From contig JANJGN010000014.1 of NCBI GenBank assembly GCA_026770705.1, positions 24,862,001-24,926,000 of the forward strand: a DNA stretch of 64,000 nt. The letters are read 5' to 3'. Positions 40,830 to 54,372 of this stretch are shown one piece after another; position 1 is the stretch's first letter, and each line of letters starts with the position of its first letter. This DNA is from Isurus oxyrinchus (lineage: Eukaryota). A program made the translations under genes and the position numbers. A model generated the notes under the pieces. That model did no database searches and was not told where the DNA came from. It saw only the letters and a list, made by a program, of their open reading frames with translations.

Positions 40830-42130
40830 CAGGAGTGTGGCATCAAGGAGCCCTAGCAAAACTGGAATCAATGGGAATCGGGGGAAAACTCTCCACTGGT
40901 TGGAGTCATACCTAGCACGTTACCTACCTCATAATATTTAAGAAGTATTTAGATGTGCACTTGTGATGCCTTGGCATACAAGACTATGGGCCTAGTGCTG
41001 GAAAATGGGATTAGAATAGTCAGGTATTTGTTTGACTGGCGCAGACTCGATGGGCTGAAGGGCCTTTTTCTGTGCTATAGACCTCTATGGTTATGACAAA
41101 GGAAGGCGGTTGTGGTTGTTGAAGGTCAGTCATCTCTCTCTAGGACATCAGTGCAGGAGTTCCTCAGGGTATTGTCCTAGGCCCAACCATCTTCAGCTGC
41201 TTCATCAATGACCTTCCTTCCATCATAAGGGCAGAAGTGGGGATGTTCGCTGATGATTACACAATGTTCAGCACCATTCGTGACTCCTCAGATACTGAAG
41301 CAGTCCATGTCCAAATGCAGCAAGACCTGGACAATATCCAGGCTTGGGCTGACAAGTGGCAAGTAACATTCACACCAGTGTCAGGCAATGACCATCTCCA
41401 ACAACAGAGAATCCAACCATCGCCCCTTGATGTTCAATGGCATTACCATCATTGAATTCCCCACTATCAACATCCTGGGGTGGGGGGGTTACCATTGACC
41501 AGAAACTGAACTGGACTAGCCATATAAATACTGTGGCCGCAAGAGCAGGTCAGAGGCTAGGAATCGTGCAACGAGTAACTCACCTTCTGATTCCCCAAAG
41601 CCTGTCCACCATATACAAGGTACAAATCAGGAATGTAATGGAATACTCCCCACTTGCCTGGATGAGTGCAGCTCCTACAACACTGAAGAAGCTGGATACC
41701 GTCCAGGACAAAGCCATCCGCTTGATTGGCACCACATCCACAAACAATTCACTCCCTCCACCACCAACACACATCCACAAGATGCACTGCAGGAATTCAC
41801 CAAGACTCCTTAGACAGCACCTTCCAAACCCACGACCACTGCCACCTAAAAGGACAAGGGAGCAGATGGATGGGAACGTCACTACCTGGAAGTTCCCCTC
41901 CAACTCACTCACCATCCTGACTTGGAAATATATTGCCATTCCTTCACTGTCGCTGAGTCAAAATCCTGGAACTCGCTTCCAAGCAGCACTACACAGTACG
42001 TACACTACATGGGTTGCAGCGGTTCAAGAAGGCAGCTCACCGGCACCTTCTCAAGCGCAACATGGGATGGGCAATAAATGCTGGCCCAGACAGCGAAACC
42101 CACATCCCGTGAGTGAATTAAAAAAAAATC
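40830..42130 (+). mobile_element. CR1/L2-supergroup LINE 3' portion, interrupted by a short CR1 3' piece (~40920-41095)
   Basis: AGVPQGIVLGPTIF, GMFADDYTMF, YKVQIRNVMEYSPLAW; A-rich end. Confidence 0.75.
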
Positions 42131-43727
42131 TCAAGTCTGTTTGGCCATTCAATTAGATAACGGTTGCTCTGAACCTGAACTCCACTTTCCAGCCTTTGTT
42201 CTGAAATCTTTGACAGCCTTGCCTAACACAGCTAACAATCTCAGTTTTGAAACACTGATTCTACATTTACCTTGATCTATGCAAGGCCAAGCTCAAGAAA
42301 GGGTGTCAACTTTTGAGGACCAAAATGCTTTTCCACCCTTGGCACCCACCCAAAGATACCACAAAACAATGAACAATGAAAACAACAACCCACTACAACC
42401 GTAGTGCAGCACTGTAGGTAGAAAGTAAGTGCAGCCTCAATCGTGAGTCAGGATCCAACTTGAAAGTGGAATGAAGCAGAAAGAGATTCAAGTCAGTTTG
42501 GGCCACGACATTTGTATAACGTTACTTAAATCTAGGGTGTGTGCAAAGCAAAACCATTTCACATTCAATTATAGTACGAAGTGGATCTTAAGGTTCAATT
42601 TACTGTATCTGAAGAGTATGTTTTTAGAGAGAGAATGCCACTCCCTGTGTAAAAAATGAATTTTTCTATTTCAACTCCAACCACCCTTATCACTCAAAGA
42701 TTTACATTTGACTCCCAAAGGGGCAGGTTTATGAATGGATTGATACTAGTTAGAAAGCATGTCATGGCTGCCTGAATGACCCTCACAGACAGCAAGGGAG
42801 GGACAGCAGTTTTAGCCCATCATTCTGGGCAAGAATTTAGGTGTCAGATTCTGAACAAACAGGATCCTAACCAATCAGTGTTCTGGTTGAAAAATCAAGA
42901 ACAGAACAGAAAACATGTAAAAGCATTTTGCTGCAGTGAATCACAGCACTGTGTGCAACAGGCAGTGCACCATGCAGAGGCTGGAGTCGTTACTGCATAA
43001 AGCAGAAAGAAAAAGAATATCACTTTAATAACAAGGTGACTTGCAAAAAAAGCTTCAAAAGTTATTGCAGAACTAGTGGGACGAGTTCAATTTTCCAAAT
43101 AAATGGCCAACTTTCACCAAAAGACAACAGAACATTCAGAAAGGTTTTCATTCTAGCTTCCCTAATGTTCAGTTGTTTAAGCAATTCAGTTCCTGAATCA
43201 TGCAGCTCAGGGAGACTGGAAAAGATAACACAGGAAAATCTGTGACAAGAACAGTGATTGGGCACATTGGTTGTCCTTTGAGCTCCTTTTGAATAGGGAC
43301 GGGGAGAATCAGAGTTCCTCTCTGATTGTTATCCAGCTGGAGAGCCTGTCGATGATGGGTGAGGACAGGAGCAAGCTCAAACATAGCAATAATCATTTAT
43401 ATTCTCAAATAAACAAATGACAGCAGTATCAGAGACATGCTGACACTTATGGAACCCAAATATAAGTTAGCACCTTCAGAAGAGGGGAACAAATGTGGAG
43501 AGAACTGAATTGGAAGGTAGAATAACGGTGGTGCTGCAGTGGATAAAATCAGAGTTTTGCCCCAAATTTTATACTAAAATTAAATAAGCAAAGAGAGGTC
43601 CGCACAATCATGGCCAGCCACAAGACTAGTGACTCTTACAAAATTACTCACTTCCCTGCTTTCACAAAGAAGATAGTGTGATTCATAAGTTAATACATTT
43701 CTCAGCTTGTCAAGTGAATGGATGTAC

Positions 43728-43890
43728 CTGTTTGAAGTAACGATGCAATATGCAAGCATTAAGATATGAGGCTGCCCTGACCAGCTTGAAAAACCTCACA
43801 AAGTTGTTGTTGTTAAGAGCAGCGAAGGCCTGGACTGCCAACTTCACCTCTGGGGAGTTCCGGACAGTTGGACGGAACTGCTGAACTTCC
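43728..43890 (-). CDS. MCM3AP: MCM3AP exon ([15 protein letters not shown]...[10 protein letters not shown]...HRYFKQ)
   Basis: NNFVRFFKL motif; CAG acceptor, GTACAT donor. Confidence 0.96.
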
Positions 43891-44577
43891 CTGTAAAAGT
43901 ACAGAGCATGAAAACAGTAAATCATCAATTTTAAAAACACAAGTACACTGAGCCAGCAGAGCTCAGTGCAGGAGGCTGCTGCCAATAACACTACATATCT
44001 ATTTTTCCCCCAATACAGTGCTTATTTTTCTTCTCAAAATGAGAATGGTTGCCAAAGAATCATTCTTGCATTTCATGGCACAGGAACAGAGATCTGGGGT
44101 TCATATATATAATTCTTTGAAGGTGGCAGGACAAGTTAACAAAGCTGTTATTTGTCATGTGTCAGAGATGAGCATCTGACCACAGACCTACTTTATCAAC
44201 AAGACTGCCCACTTGCACCTCTAACCCCACCCGCTCTGACCCTGCCTCAGCTCACCTGTTACTGAAATATTCATCCATGGTAGTGACCTTTAGACTCGAC
44301 GATTTCAATGTTTTCATGGCTGGTCTCCCACCTTCGTAAACCCAAACTCATCCAAGGCTCTGCTGCCTGCATCTTAGTCTGCGCCAAATCCAGTTCACCC
44401 TTCATCGCCAAGCTCACCAACCCATCCCGCCTCCTGCAGCTCAATAAGGCTTTGAGATCTCCAAACTCCTTTCATTCTGGCACTTTGCATATTCCAAATT
44501 TTTGTTACAATTAACAGCCATGCTTTCAGTTGATTCAGCCCCAAGCTCTGGAATCTCTTTTTACACCTTTGCACCTT

Positions 44578-45100
44578 CCTCTTATCTGAAGAAAGATGTT
44601 CTTGCTATAGAGGGAATGCAGCAAAGGTTTACCAGACTGATTCCGGGGATGGGGGGATTGACATATATGAGGAGAGATTGAGTCGGTTAGGATTATATTC
44701 ACTGGAGTTCAGAAGAATGAGGGGGGATCTCATAGAAACCTATAAAATTCTAACAGGACTAGACAGGGTAGATGCAGGAAGGATGTTCCCGATGGTGGCG
44801 GAGTCCAGAACCAGGGGTCACAGTCTGAAGATATGGGGTAGACCATTTAGGACTGAGATGAGGAGGAATTTCTTCACCCAGAGAGTGGTGAGCCTGTGGA
44901 ATTCGCTACCACAGAAAGTAGTTGAGGCCAAAACATTGTATGTTTTCAAGAAGGAGTTATATATAGTTCTTGGGGTGAAAGACATCAAAGGATATGGGGA
45001 GAAAGCGGGAGCAGGCTATGATCATAATGAATGGCGGAGCAGGCTCAAAGGAACGAATGGCCTACTCCTATGTTCTATTTTCTATGTTTCTATGTTTCTT
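44578..45100 (+). mobile_element. CR1 3' fragment nested in an L2-like remnant
   Basis: RLGLYSLEFRRMRGDLIETYKI; (ttctatgt) tail. Confidence 0.85.
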
Positions 45101-46679
45101 CTCCTTTAAGATCTCCTAAAAACCTACCTCTTTGACAAGCCTTTTTGTCGCCTTTCCTCATCTCCTTATTTTGCTTGGTGTCAAATTCTGATTAATAACA
45201 ATTCTATTAAGTGCCCTGGGATGTTTTGCAGTGTTAAAGGTGCTTTATAGATTCCAAACTGTAGTTTTTATTGTTGTAAAAAGGTATAGGGGATTCTTGG
45301 CTTTCAAGCAGCAGCATCTTTATAAAACACTGGTTTAGCCCTCAGCTAGATTGTGTTCAATTCTGGGCATCATGCTTTAGGAAGGATGTCAAGACCTCAG
45401 AGATAGTGCAAAGGAGATTTATCAAAATATTACTAAGGATGAGAGTATTCAGTTATATGGAGAGATTAGTAAGGGTTGGGGCTGTTTTCCTTAGAGCAGA
45501 ATAAGTTAAGGAGAGATTTGATAGAGGTTTTCAAAACTGAGGCTTTTGATAATCTCTCTACCTGTTCCATTTCCCTTGGTAGGAATGTCAGTAACTAAAG
45601 AACACATGAGATTTTTTTTGCTATTTAAAAACACTCAAAAGGGTGGCGGAAGCAAATTCAATAGTATCTTCCAGAAAGGAATTGGATAGGAAAAATTTGC
45701 AGGGCTATAGGGAAAAAGTGTGGGAGTGGGGACTAATTGAATAGCTCTTTCAAAGAACTAGTATGATGGGCCAAATGGCTTTCTTCAGTGTTCTATGATT
45801 TTATGATATAGGTTATGTGAAATAATGGCCCAAATGACTGAAAATGTTAAATTGATGCAGTAACTTCATAACCCATGCACTGAGCTGCAGATTGAGTAGA
45901 AAATGCACAATATCTCAAAGATCATGAAGAGAAAACACAATGTAGGAGGCCCTTTGCCAAATCTAGTTCGTTCTTCCAATAGACTCATGATTTCACCCTC
46001 TTACTCCCCGCCCTAGCCACAGCAATCAGTGGTCTCTTCAACGACCTTACCAAGTAATACCTAGGATTTTTATGGAGGTATATTCCAGACACCAGTCCAT
46101 CAGCCCTGACATCACTTTGCATTTACATCCCTCATTATGATTAAATTTTAAGTCATACTGTAGATGAACATTTTCAATCCCAAATATCATAACTTTTCAA
46201 GCTTGCCTCTCATCTGCCACCTTTCAAATGGAAATGTGCAAGTCAAATACCTTACAAACTCTAAGCACTGTCTGCCTTGCCCAGCACTGGCACAAGCCTA
46301 TGTACAATGTGAATAAAATGTGTTGGAGAGAACTACAATTTTGCTACTTTAAGTATCAGCCATGACTCAGTGGTAGCATTCTCACTTGAATCAGATTTTC
46401 ACTCCACCTCCAAAGGCTCGAGAGCACTTCCGAACAGTGCCATGGGAGTGCAGCATTGTCAGAGGTACTGTCTCTAGGATGAGACATTAAACCGAGGCTA
46501 AACATTTGCCTAAGACAGTGACGAAACTTCCAAAATACTTGAATTGTTGTAAAGCATTGTGGGACAGCCAGAGGGTCATGAAAGAACTTTCCTCCATCAT
46601 TCCTCCTAACTTGCAAACACTCCACCCCAGTGCTCAGAGAAGTTACCGCAAATCACTGCATCTCACTGATAAAACATCT

Positions 46680-47246
46680 GGGCCAGGATTTTCTCATCGC
46701 CAATTTGGGCGGGGGGGGGGGGGAAAACGGGGCCGCTCGCTGACGGGAAAGTGATGTGGGTTAACGTCGGGAGGAACCCCCGACGTCATCCCGGTCCATT
46801 TAAATGTTTAGGAAGGCAGGCGGACAGCCAATTGAGGCCATTGACAGGATAATTAAGATCATTAAAGACCCTGCCCATCCAACCTTAAGGCTGACAGGCA
46901 GGCCAAGAGCCCCAGCGGGCTTCTGAAAAAACGTGAAACCTCATCCACTGGCGGGATGAGATTTCATGTTCGTGTTTCAGTGCTTCTTATTAACATGTTC
47001 CATCTTGTGTGACATCGTCACGTGAGGGGGGCATGCTAATAATGTTTTTATTTTTCTATATTTAGATTTTTTTAACCTGTCATTAATAGGCGCGAAAGAG
47101 CGCACTTTGACAGTTGGGGATTCCCTCCCCAGCACAGGCCACTGGACGGGCCTTAATTGGCCCACCCACTCAAAATGGCGGCGGGCCCCGTTTCGGCGGC
47201 GGGGTTCGGCTGCCCGCCCGCCCACCAAGAGCAAAATTCTGCCCCT
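46680..47246. mobile_element. GC/CpG-rich interspersed element with imperfect short terminal inverted repeats (MITE-like)
   Basis: Starts gggccaggattttc, ends aaaattctgcccc; CpG-rich in an AT-rich intron. Confidence 0.45.
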
Positions 47247-47489
47247 GGTATTTTGGAAATTAAATAATAGACAAGTTGGAGTTGAGAACCTTAAGAAGTT
47301 AATAGCACCCTTGTACATTTAGATACAGGAGGTCAAGTGAGGCGTGAGCTAGCCCACTTCCACCTACACGCATCTTCACCATTGTAAAATCGAGGCTCAA
47401 ACTATCTTGTACTTCAATTTAAGTCAAGGTTCATTGAGTGAGAGGAGGTGGGAGCCTGGTGCAATGCAAGTAAAATATTTCCCACTCAC

Positions 47490-47758
47490 CGGAGAATATC
47501 TCCCTCATTGAGATTGAGAAGAACATGGTAGCCCCGGAACTCTGCCTCATTCTCACAGTAGGTATCCTTGGTAGCCAAATCCTGGTACATCTCTTTCAGG
47601 CTTTGCAAGCACTTGGTTAGGTTTTCATCATTTATCTTGGCATCATAGGAGGACATTGGCTCCTCGCAAAGATGATGGCTGCAGTGGATATGGAATCGTG
47701 TGCACTTCTCAATGAGCACCACCGTCAGCTGATTACATAGATGCTGCTGAGTAATATC
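47490..47758 (-). CDS. MCM3AP: MCM3AP exon (DITQQHLC...[20 protein letters not shown])
   Basis: SAC3/GANP domain; CAG acceptor, GTGAGT donor. Confidence 0.97.
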
Positions 47759-50197
47759 CTGGCAGAAGGGAAAGAAAACACAGTGTCTTTAGGAAGATAC
47801 AGTTTCTGCTCTTGAAACTGGAGTAATGTTTGACATTTTGTAATAAAGAGTTCTAACTTGACAGTACTCGTTGTAGGGGTTCCTCTTTTCCCTCAGAGAC
47901 CCTCCCCACACTCAAGTTCATGATACCAGATTCACAGGTATATGGCTTGAACAGAATGACCAGAAAGACAAGTTTCTTGATAAATCACAATAAATTTAGT
48001 GGATCACCCACAACCCTACAGTACAAAATCCAAAATGTAAAACAACCTATTCCCAGTACCTGACACAAAGTTATCATGACTTGGTTAAAACTTACAAAAC
48101 CACAGGCAAAACGCCATGCCCTGTCCTGAAACCTTAAGAAAAAACCCTCAGACCAATATCACCAAGATATAGCTGAAACAAATTACAAGGTACCAGCAAA
48201 AAACGCCAAGTTTTTGCAAACCTTCACAAAACCCTCGGACCACTATCACTATGATTTGGCTGAAACCTACAATCCCCAAGACAGCTGGTCTGTCCAGTGT
48301 TGACTGTAGGCCTGAATCGAGGTGACCAAACTCGAACCTTCTTCCAACTGCAGCCCAAATACTCAGGCGTGCTCTTTTACAATAACTTAACTCAGACATG
48401 TCACAACATATTTCTGTTGTTCCAATGTTCAGTTAGTTGATTCCAGCAAAGTCCAGACAAATATTATCAGCTCATGCTGGTTGAAACAATACAGGGGTTT
48501 CCATGGAAGATGTATTCAGACGAATATTACCAGTTCACATTGTATGAGCAATTCTCCTGCTGTTTGAGGTGGCACAGTAACAGCACCTGGCTCCAAAGTT
48601 AATGAGGATTTGAATGACCCTATTCCACTACCTGTGGTGGTTGAATGATTCCTTGAGTGTATTGTATTGATGATATATCCTTTATGCCATTGTATTGGGT
48701 AATCAAACTTCGTGATCATGTTAGTCAATGTCCAACGCCTTTTGATGAGTCACTGTGTTTTCACTGAAGTCCGAATTAATCCCTTGCTGCCCAGCCTTGT
48801 ACTGCTGACTGCAGTTTATCTTTTTGAAATTTATCGTTACAATCGTGAGGTCAAAACATGTCCGTGGGTTTGAAATTAAGTTTCATAAATTTCCTCAGTT
48901 ATAGAGGATTTTGATCCTACATCCTAAGTACAGGTCTGTCACTGCACAACACTGGGAAGCAGTGCTAAAAGGTGCAGGTCCTACCACTGTAAACAGACTT
49001 GAGCACCTTATCTAGATGGATTGTAAATTAAAGCATAAAAGAAAGGATGCACTGTATGAGGTGCCGTCTTTTGGATGAACTGTTAAACTGAAGCAAAAGT
49101 ACAAGATCTCATGTTACTAGCCAAGTAGAAGCAGGAAGCTTCTCTGATCAAAATGTATTCCTCAATAAACACCATTAATCACAGGTAACTTAATGCATTA
49201 ATTTGCTGTTTGTAATCACAGTCTACAGATCAGTAATTACACTTCACCTGTTGGGATGTCTTCAAGATGTGAAAAAGTGATAAAAAAGCACAAGATCTCA
49301 CATTTCTTTAAACTCACCCTGCCCCTATCACTGACTAAAAACTGACTGACTAATTTAGTTAGCTGCATGCCTCAAGATATTGCTTTAAATATAAAGCATT
49401 GCACATGCTGTGTATAGATTCAGTCACTTTTCTGCTAAATTTAAAAAAAAAGGGGGTGCTGAGCAATGGGTACACTTCTATCCTGTTCCAACAATATACT
49501 TCATCCCCCAACTAAGAAGTGGGCTCCAAAATTACTCATCTGAAAATTTCTATTTTTCATTGCAGTCACCCTGTGGTCCTCTGAATTGGAAGACAAATTT
49601 AATGTTGACCTAGGGACAATTATGCCGTGGACTAATGCTGACTGGAACTGGATTGAGACAGCCAAACTCCGAAGTGCTTCAAATCAATCATTTTTGGGGC
49701 TAATTCACAGGTAACTAGCCCTGGGACTTAAACGGACAGCCACAGGATTACAAATACACTATTTTGATCTGCTATATTAGTGCACCTGCAAGCACCATGT
49801 ATTTTTAGTCAAACTGGACTGTCAATTGGAAGCTGCAAATGCAAAGCATGTCAATTTGTGCTTTTATCATTTATCATTGGCTCATGTCTCACCCAACTTT
49901 CGCAACTAAATGTACAAGAATGTCATAAGGTTCTTAAGGAACTCAACTCCAATATAACCATTATTCAATTTCCAAAATACCAGAAGTTGCAAAAGTGAGT
50001 TCCAATGATCTGTGGTAACTCCTCTTGGCACTGGTAAGTTTGGATAAGAGTACCACCTCACCTGCATTTCCCTGTCACTAATGTGAACAACTTTCCTAAT
50101 GTGAACATCACTGGCAAGGCCAGTATTTATTGCCCATCCCCAATTGCCCTTGAATTGAGTGGCCTGCCAGGTCATTTCAGAGGGCAGTTGAGAATCA

Positions 50198-51282
50198 ACC
50201 AAAGATACTGCAGATGCTGGAACTCTGAAATAAAAGCTGAAAATGCTGGAAAAATTCAGCAGGACCGATGGCATCTGTGGAGAGAGAAACAGAGTTAATG
50301 TTTTGAGTCTGTATGACCCTTCTTCAGAGCTACACCGAAGGTGTTGCGCAAAGTGGTCACCCAGTCATTTGGTCTCCCCAAAGTAGAGGAGACTGCACTG
50401 GGAGCAGCGAATGCAGTAAACTAAATTGAAGGAGGTACAAGTGAAGCGCTGCTTCACCTGAAAGGAGTGTTTGGGCTCTTACACGGTGAGGAAGGAGGAG
50501 GTAGAGGAGCAGGTGTTGCACCTTCTGCGATTCCATGGGAAGGTGTCATGGGAAGGGGATGAGGTATTGGGAGTGATGGAGGAATAGACCAGGATGTCCT
50601 GGAGGTAATGGTCCTTACGGAATGCTACAGGGCAGTGAGAGGAAGATGTGTTTGGTGGTGGCATCATTCTGGAAATGGCAAAGGATGATCCTTTGAACAT
50701 GGAGACAGGTGGGGTCAAAAGTGAGAACAAGGGGGGACCCTTTCATGGTTCTGGGAGAGAGGGGAAGGTGTGAGGACAGAGGCGCGGGAGATGGGTTGGA
50801 CACGGTTGAGGGCCCTGTCAACCACAATGGGTGGGAAACCTCGGTTAAAGAAGGAGGAAGACATGTCAGAAGCGCCGTTTTGGAAAATGGCATCATTGGA
50901 ACAGATGCAACGGAGGCGAAGGAACTGAGAGAATGAGATGGAGCCCTTGAGGAAAGCAAGAAGTGAGGAGCTGTAGTCAAGGTAGTTGTGGGAGTCAGTG
51001 GGCTTGTAATGAATATTAGTGGACAGTCTATCACCAGAAATGGAGACTGAGGTGTCAAGGAAGGGAAGGGACGTGTCGGAGATGGACCATGTGAAGGTGA
51101 GAGAGGGATGGAAATTGGAAGCAAAATTGATAAATTTTTCCAGATCCAGATGAGAGCATGAAGCAGCACTGAAACAGTCGTCGATGTACCAAAAAAGCGT
51201 TGTGGGAGGGGGGCTTGAGTAGGACTGGAACAAGGGATGGTCCACATACCCCATAATGAGACCGGCATAACTGGGACCCAAG
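50198..51282 (-). mobile_element. Older Penelope-like element fragment with internal deletion
   Basis: GPSYAGLIMGYV, WYIDDCF, LPFLD, YKPTDSHNYL; 3' tail at 50198-50331. Confidence 0.88.
50293..50331 (-). ncRNA. Decayed minimal hammerhead motif
   Basis: AGCT-CTGAAGA-A-GGGTC-ATACA-GACTC-AAAAC-ATT-AACT (GAAA changed to AAAA). Confidence 0.55.
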
Positions 51283-51661
51283 GACCGATGTGGGTCTGCA
51301 GTCACATGGAGGCCAGACTAGTAAGGATAGCAGATTTCCCTCCCTAAAAGACATTTCTTTTTTTTTGCGTTCCCTAAAAGACATTAGTGAACCAGATGGG
51401 TTTTAATGATAATCAGTGATAGTTGTCATGATCATCATTAATGAGATTAGCTTCCTATTTCCAGGTTTATTAACTGAATTTAAATTCCACCAGCTGCCAT
51501 GGTGGGATTTGAACCCATGTCCCAGAGCATTAGCCTGGGTCCTTGGATTATTAGTCCAGTCACATTACCACTATGTCACAATCTCCCTGCTCACCATTCT
51601 GCTCAGATGTTAAAGATACATTAAAGGTGTTATAAATAACAATTGGGCATTATTAATTCAC

Positions 51662-51859
51662 CTTCCTCACTCCACGAGTTCTGTTCCATACGAAATCATA
51701 CCAGTCCCGGTAATTGCCGTCACCCAGATCCATGATCTTAGTCACTAGATAATCCATGGTCATTTTCAGGACAGCGGCAGGTCGAAGTTCATGAGGTAAA
51801 GGTTCTTCCTGATCTGCTGATGACCTGCTATATTCTTTGATTGTAGCTTCATGGTTAAC
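51662..51859 (-). CDS. MCM3AP: MCM3AP exon ([19 protein letters not shown]...WNRTRGVRK)
   Basis: SAC3/GANP domain; 198 bp, phase 0/0. Confidence 0.97.
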
Positions 51860-52159
51860 CTGTGGTGTGGCAAATATATCCATTGGTGCCAGTTTGTGAT
51901 ACAGTTCCCAATACTGAGTCACTGGAACTTGGGCAACGCATCTGAGGGCTTACAAGACAGAGTTGAGGCAGTCTAATTCTGCAGTATATTTTAACAAGTG
52001 ACCAGGAAAATTGCTGTGTAAAAACAGCTAATGATATACATGCCTAGAGCAAAAGCACCTGGGACATAGTTATGAGCAATTATGACCTATGTACAGGTCT
52101 GTATATAGCACCCTGCCGTTGAAAGGGTCAAGGAACAGTGACTGAGCCAGTGCCTTCTT

Positions 52160-52665
52160 ACAAAGATGTGAAGGCATTGGACAGGGTGCAGAAAAGTTTC
52201 ATGAGAATGGTTCAAGAGATGAGGAATTTCAGTTACTTCGATAGATTGGAGAAGCTGGAACTGTTTTCCTTGTAGGTGTAGGTAGAGAGGAGACTTGATG
52301 GAGGTATTCAAAATCATTAGGGGTCTGGATGGATTAGATAGGTAGAAACTGTTCCCAGTGGTGGAAATATCAAGAATCAGAAGGCAGAGATTCAAGATAA
52401 TTGGCAAAAGAAGAAATGGCAACATGAAGAAAACCTTTTAACGCAGTGAGTGGCTTGGATTTGAAATGAGAGCGTGGAGGAAGATTCAATCATGGCTTTC
52501 AAAAGAGAATTGGATCATTATCTAAAAAGGAAAATGTGCAGGACTATGGGGAAAATGCAGAGAGTGGCTTTAGGTGAATTGCTCTTGCAGAGGGCCAGCA
52601 TGGACACAACAGGTCAAATGGCCACTTTACGTGTTGCAACCAGTCTCTAATTTTATGATTCTATG
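52160..52665 (+). mobile_element. CR1 3' fragment
   Basis: Decayed CR1 C-terminal coding sequence and (attctatg) tail. Confidence 0.7.
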
Positions 52666-53940
52666 AAAACCTAATTTCTCCAAATGACAATGAACCAGAA
52701 GGGTAAAGAAGCAGAAAATGATGAAGAGGGTGTCCAGCAAGGAGGACTGGCTTCACACAGTGACTCCAACAGACTGGTTTCATCTGGCTGAGAGATCCTT
52801 CTTCCATGAAAAGGAATCTAACTAGCCTCGCTCACCTCCCAGAAGTGGATTGAGCAACACATGGCTAAGTTACAGTGTACAGGAGAAGGGAAGAACGAAA
52901 AGGAAATATTTTAGATTGTGTTCTTCTTTATAATTTACTTCTCAAATCAATAAGATGCTTAAACATTGATTATCACTGACTTATTAAGCATACCGAAAAT
53001 GAATAGTACTTAAAACATACGCCTAAAGAATAATACTTACAAATGAACCTTACTGGTTTAGTTAAGGGACTTTCGGTTCACAGCTCCAAGCTTAGTATTA
53101 CAGATTGTTGAGACCTTATTGGTCCTAGGTATATGTACAAACTCCCACTTTTTAAAGTGGGAGTTCTACATGACAATCCACGATTAACTGCATAATGTAG
53201 AAACATAAATTTGACTTTAATTTCGTACCAGTCCACCCCTTGCTTCCATGAAAATTCCAATTAAAAAGCATGATGTATACCCAGATGTTTCTTCTGCAGT
53301 ACCAATTGCTTTTCTGTACTTGCTACCAATTAATTAAAGTTCTCTGAAATATGAATCACTATGCACTTGCATGTCTTTAAATTGGAATTACAAAGTGACA
53401 AAAACAGCCTTAAGGCAGTTTAGTGGTCACTGCAGCTAAATTGACCTGCTTAACAGGCAAAAGCTAATGGTTACTATTACCACAACAAAAGAGATTTCAA
53501 TAACAGTACAATATTAGCAGACCTCAGAAACTGGATTTGTACACAATTTTCAATAACAAGACATTGCTAGAATAAAGATAAGAGCAATGGTTGCAAGCTC
53601 ACTTGATCACTTGCTTCCTGCAGTGTGCAGGGCAGTTGTCCCTATGATTAAATATCCGATTTTCTTAATAAAACTGTGATAATCCTTTCCTTACAAAAGG
53701 AAAGGAAACAGGAACTGTGAAACAATCAAGGCTTATGTTGCTCTCAATGTCAGTGAAGGAGAAGGGTGCTATGAAAGTCACATTCATTCCAGATAGTTCA
53801 CCCCAGAACACAAAATTAAACCAAATAATTAGAATTCAAGTATAAAAACCAAGAAAACTGCGGATGCTGGAAATCCAAAACAAAAACAGAATTACCTGGA
53901 AAAACTCAGCAGGTCTGGCAGCATCGGCGGAGAAGAAAAG

Positions 53941-53979
53941 AGTTGACGTTTCGAGTCCTCATGACCCTTCAACAGAACT
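53941..53979 (-). ncRNA. Minimal hammerhead ribozyme motif (type I), best-preserved copy
   Basis: AGTT-CTGTTGA-A-GGGTC-ATGAG-GACTC-GAAAC-GTC-AACT; predicted cut between 53945 and 53944. Confidence 0.82.
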
Positions 53980-54372
53980 TGATTTCGAGTCCAAGAAAGA
54001 GTTGAAATATAAGCTGGTTTAAGGTGGGTGTGTGGGGGGGCGGAGAGAGAGTGAGAGACAGAGGTGCTTGTGTAGACAAACAAGCAGTGATAGAAGCAGA
54101 TCATCAAAAGATGTCAGCGACAATGGTACAAAAGAACACATAGGTGTTAAAGTTAAAGTTGGTGATATTATCTAAACGAATGTGCTAATTAAGAATGGAT
54201 GGTAGGGCACTCAAGGTACAGCTCTAGTGGGGGTGGGGGGAACATAAAAGATTTTAAAATATTTAAAAATAATGGAAATAGGTGGGAAAAGAAAAATCTA
54301 TAAAATTTATAGGGAAAAAAAAGGGAAAAAAAAGGGGGAAACAGAAAGGGGGTGGGGATGGGGGAGGGAGCT

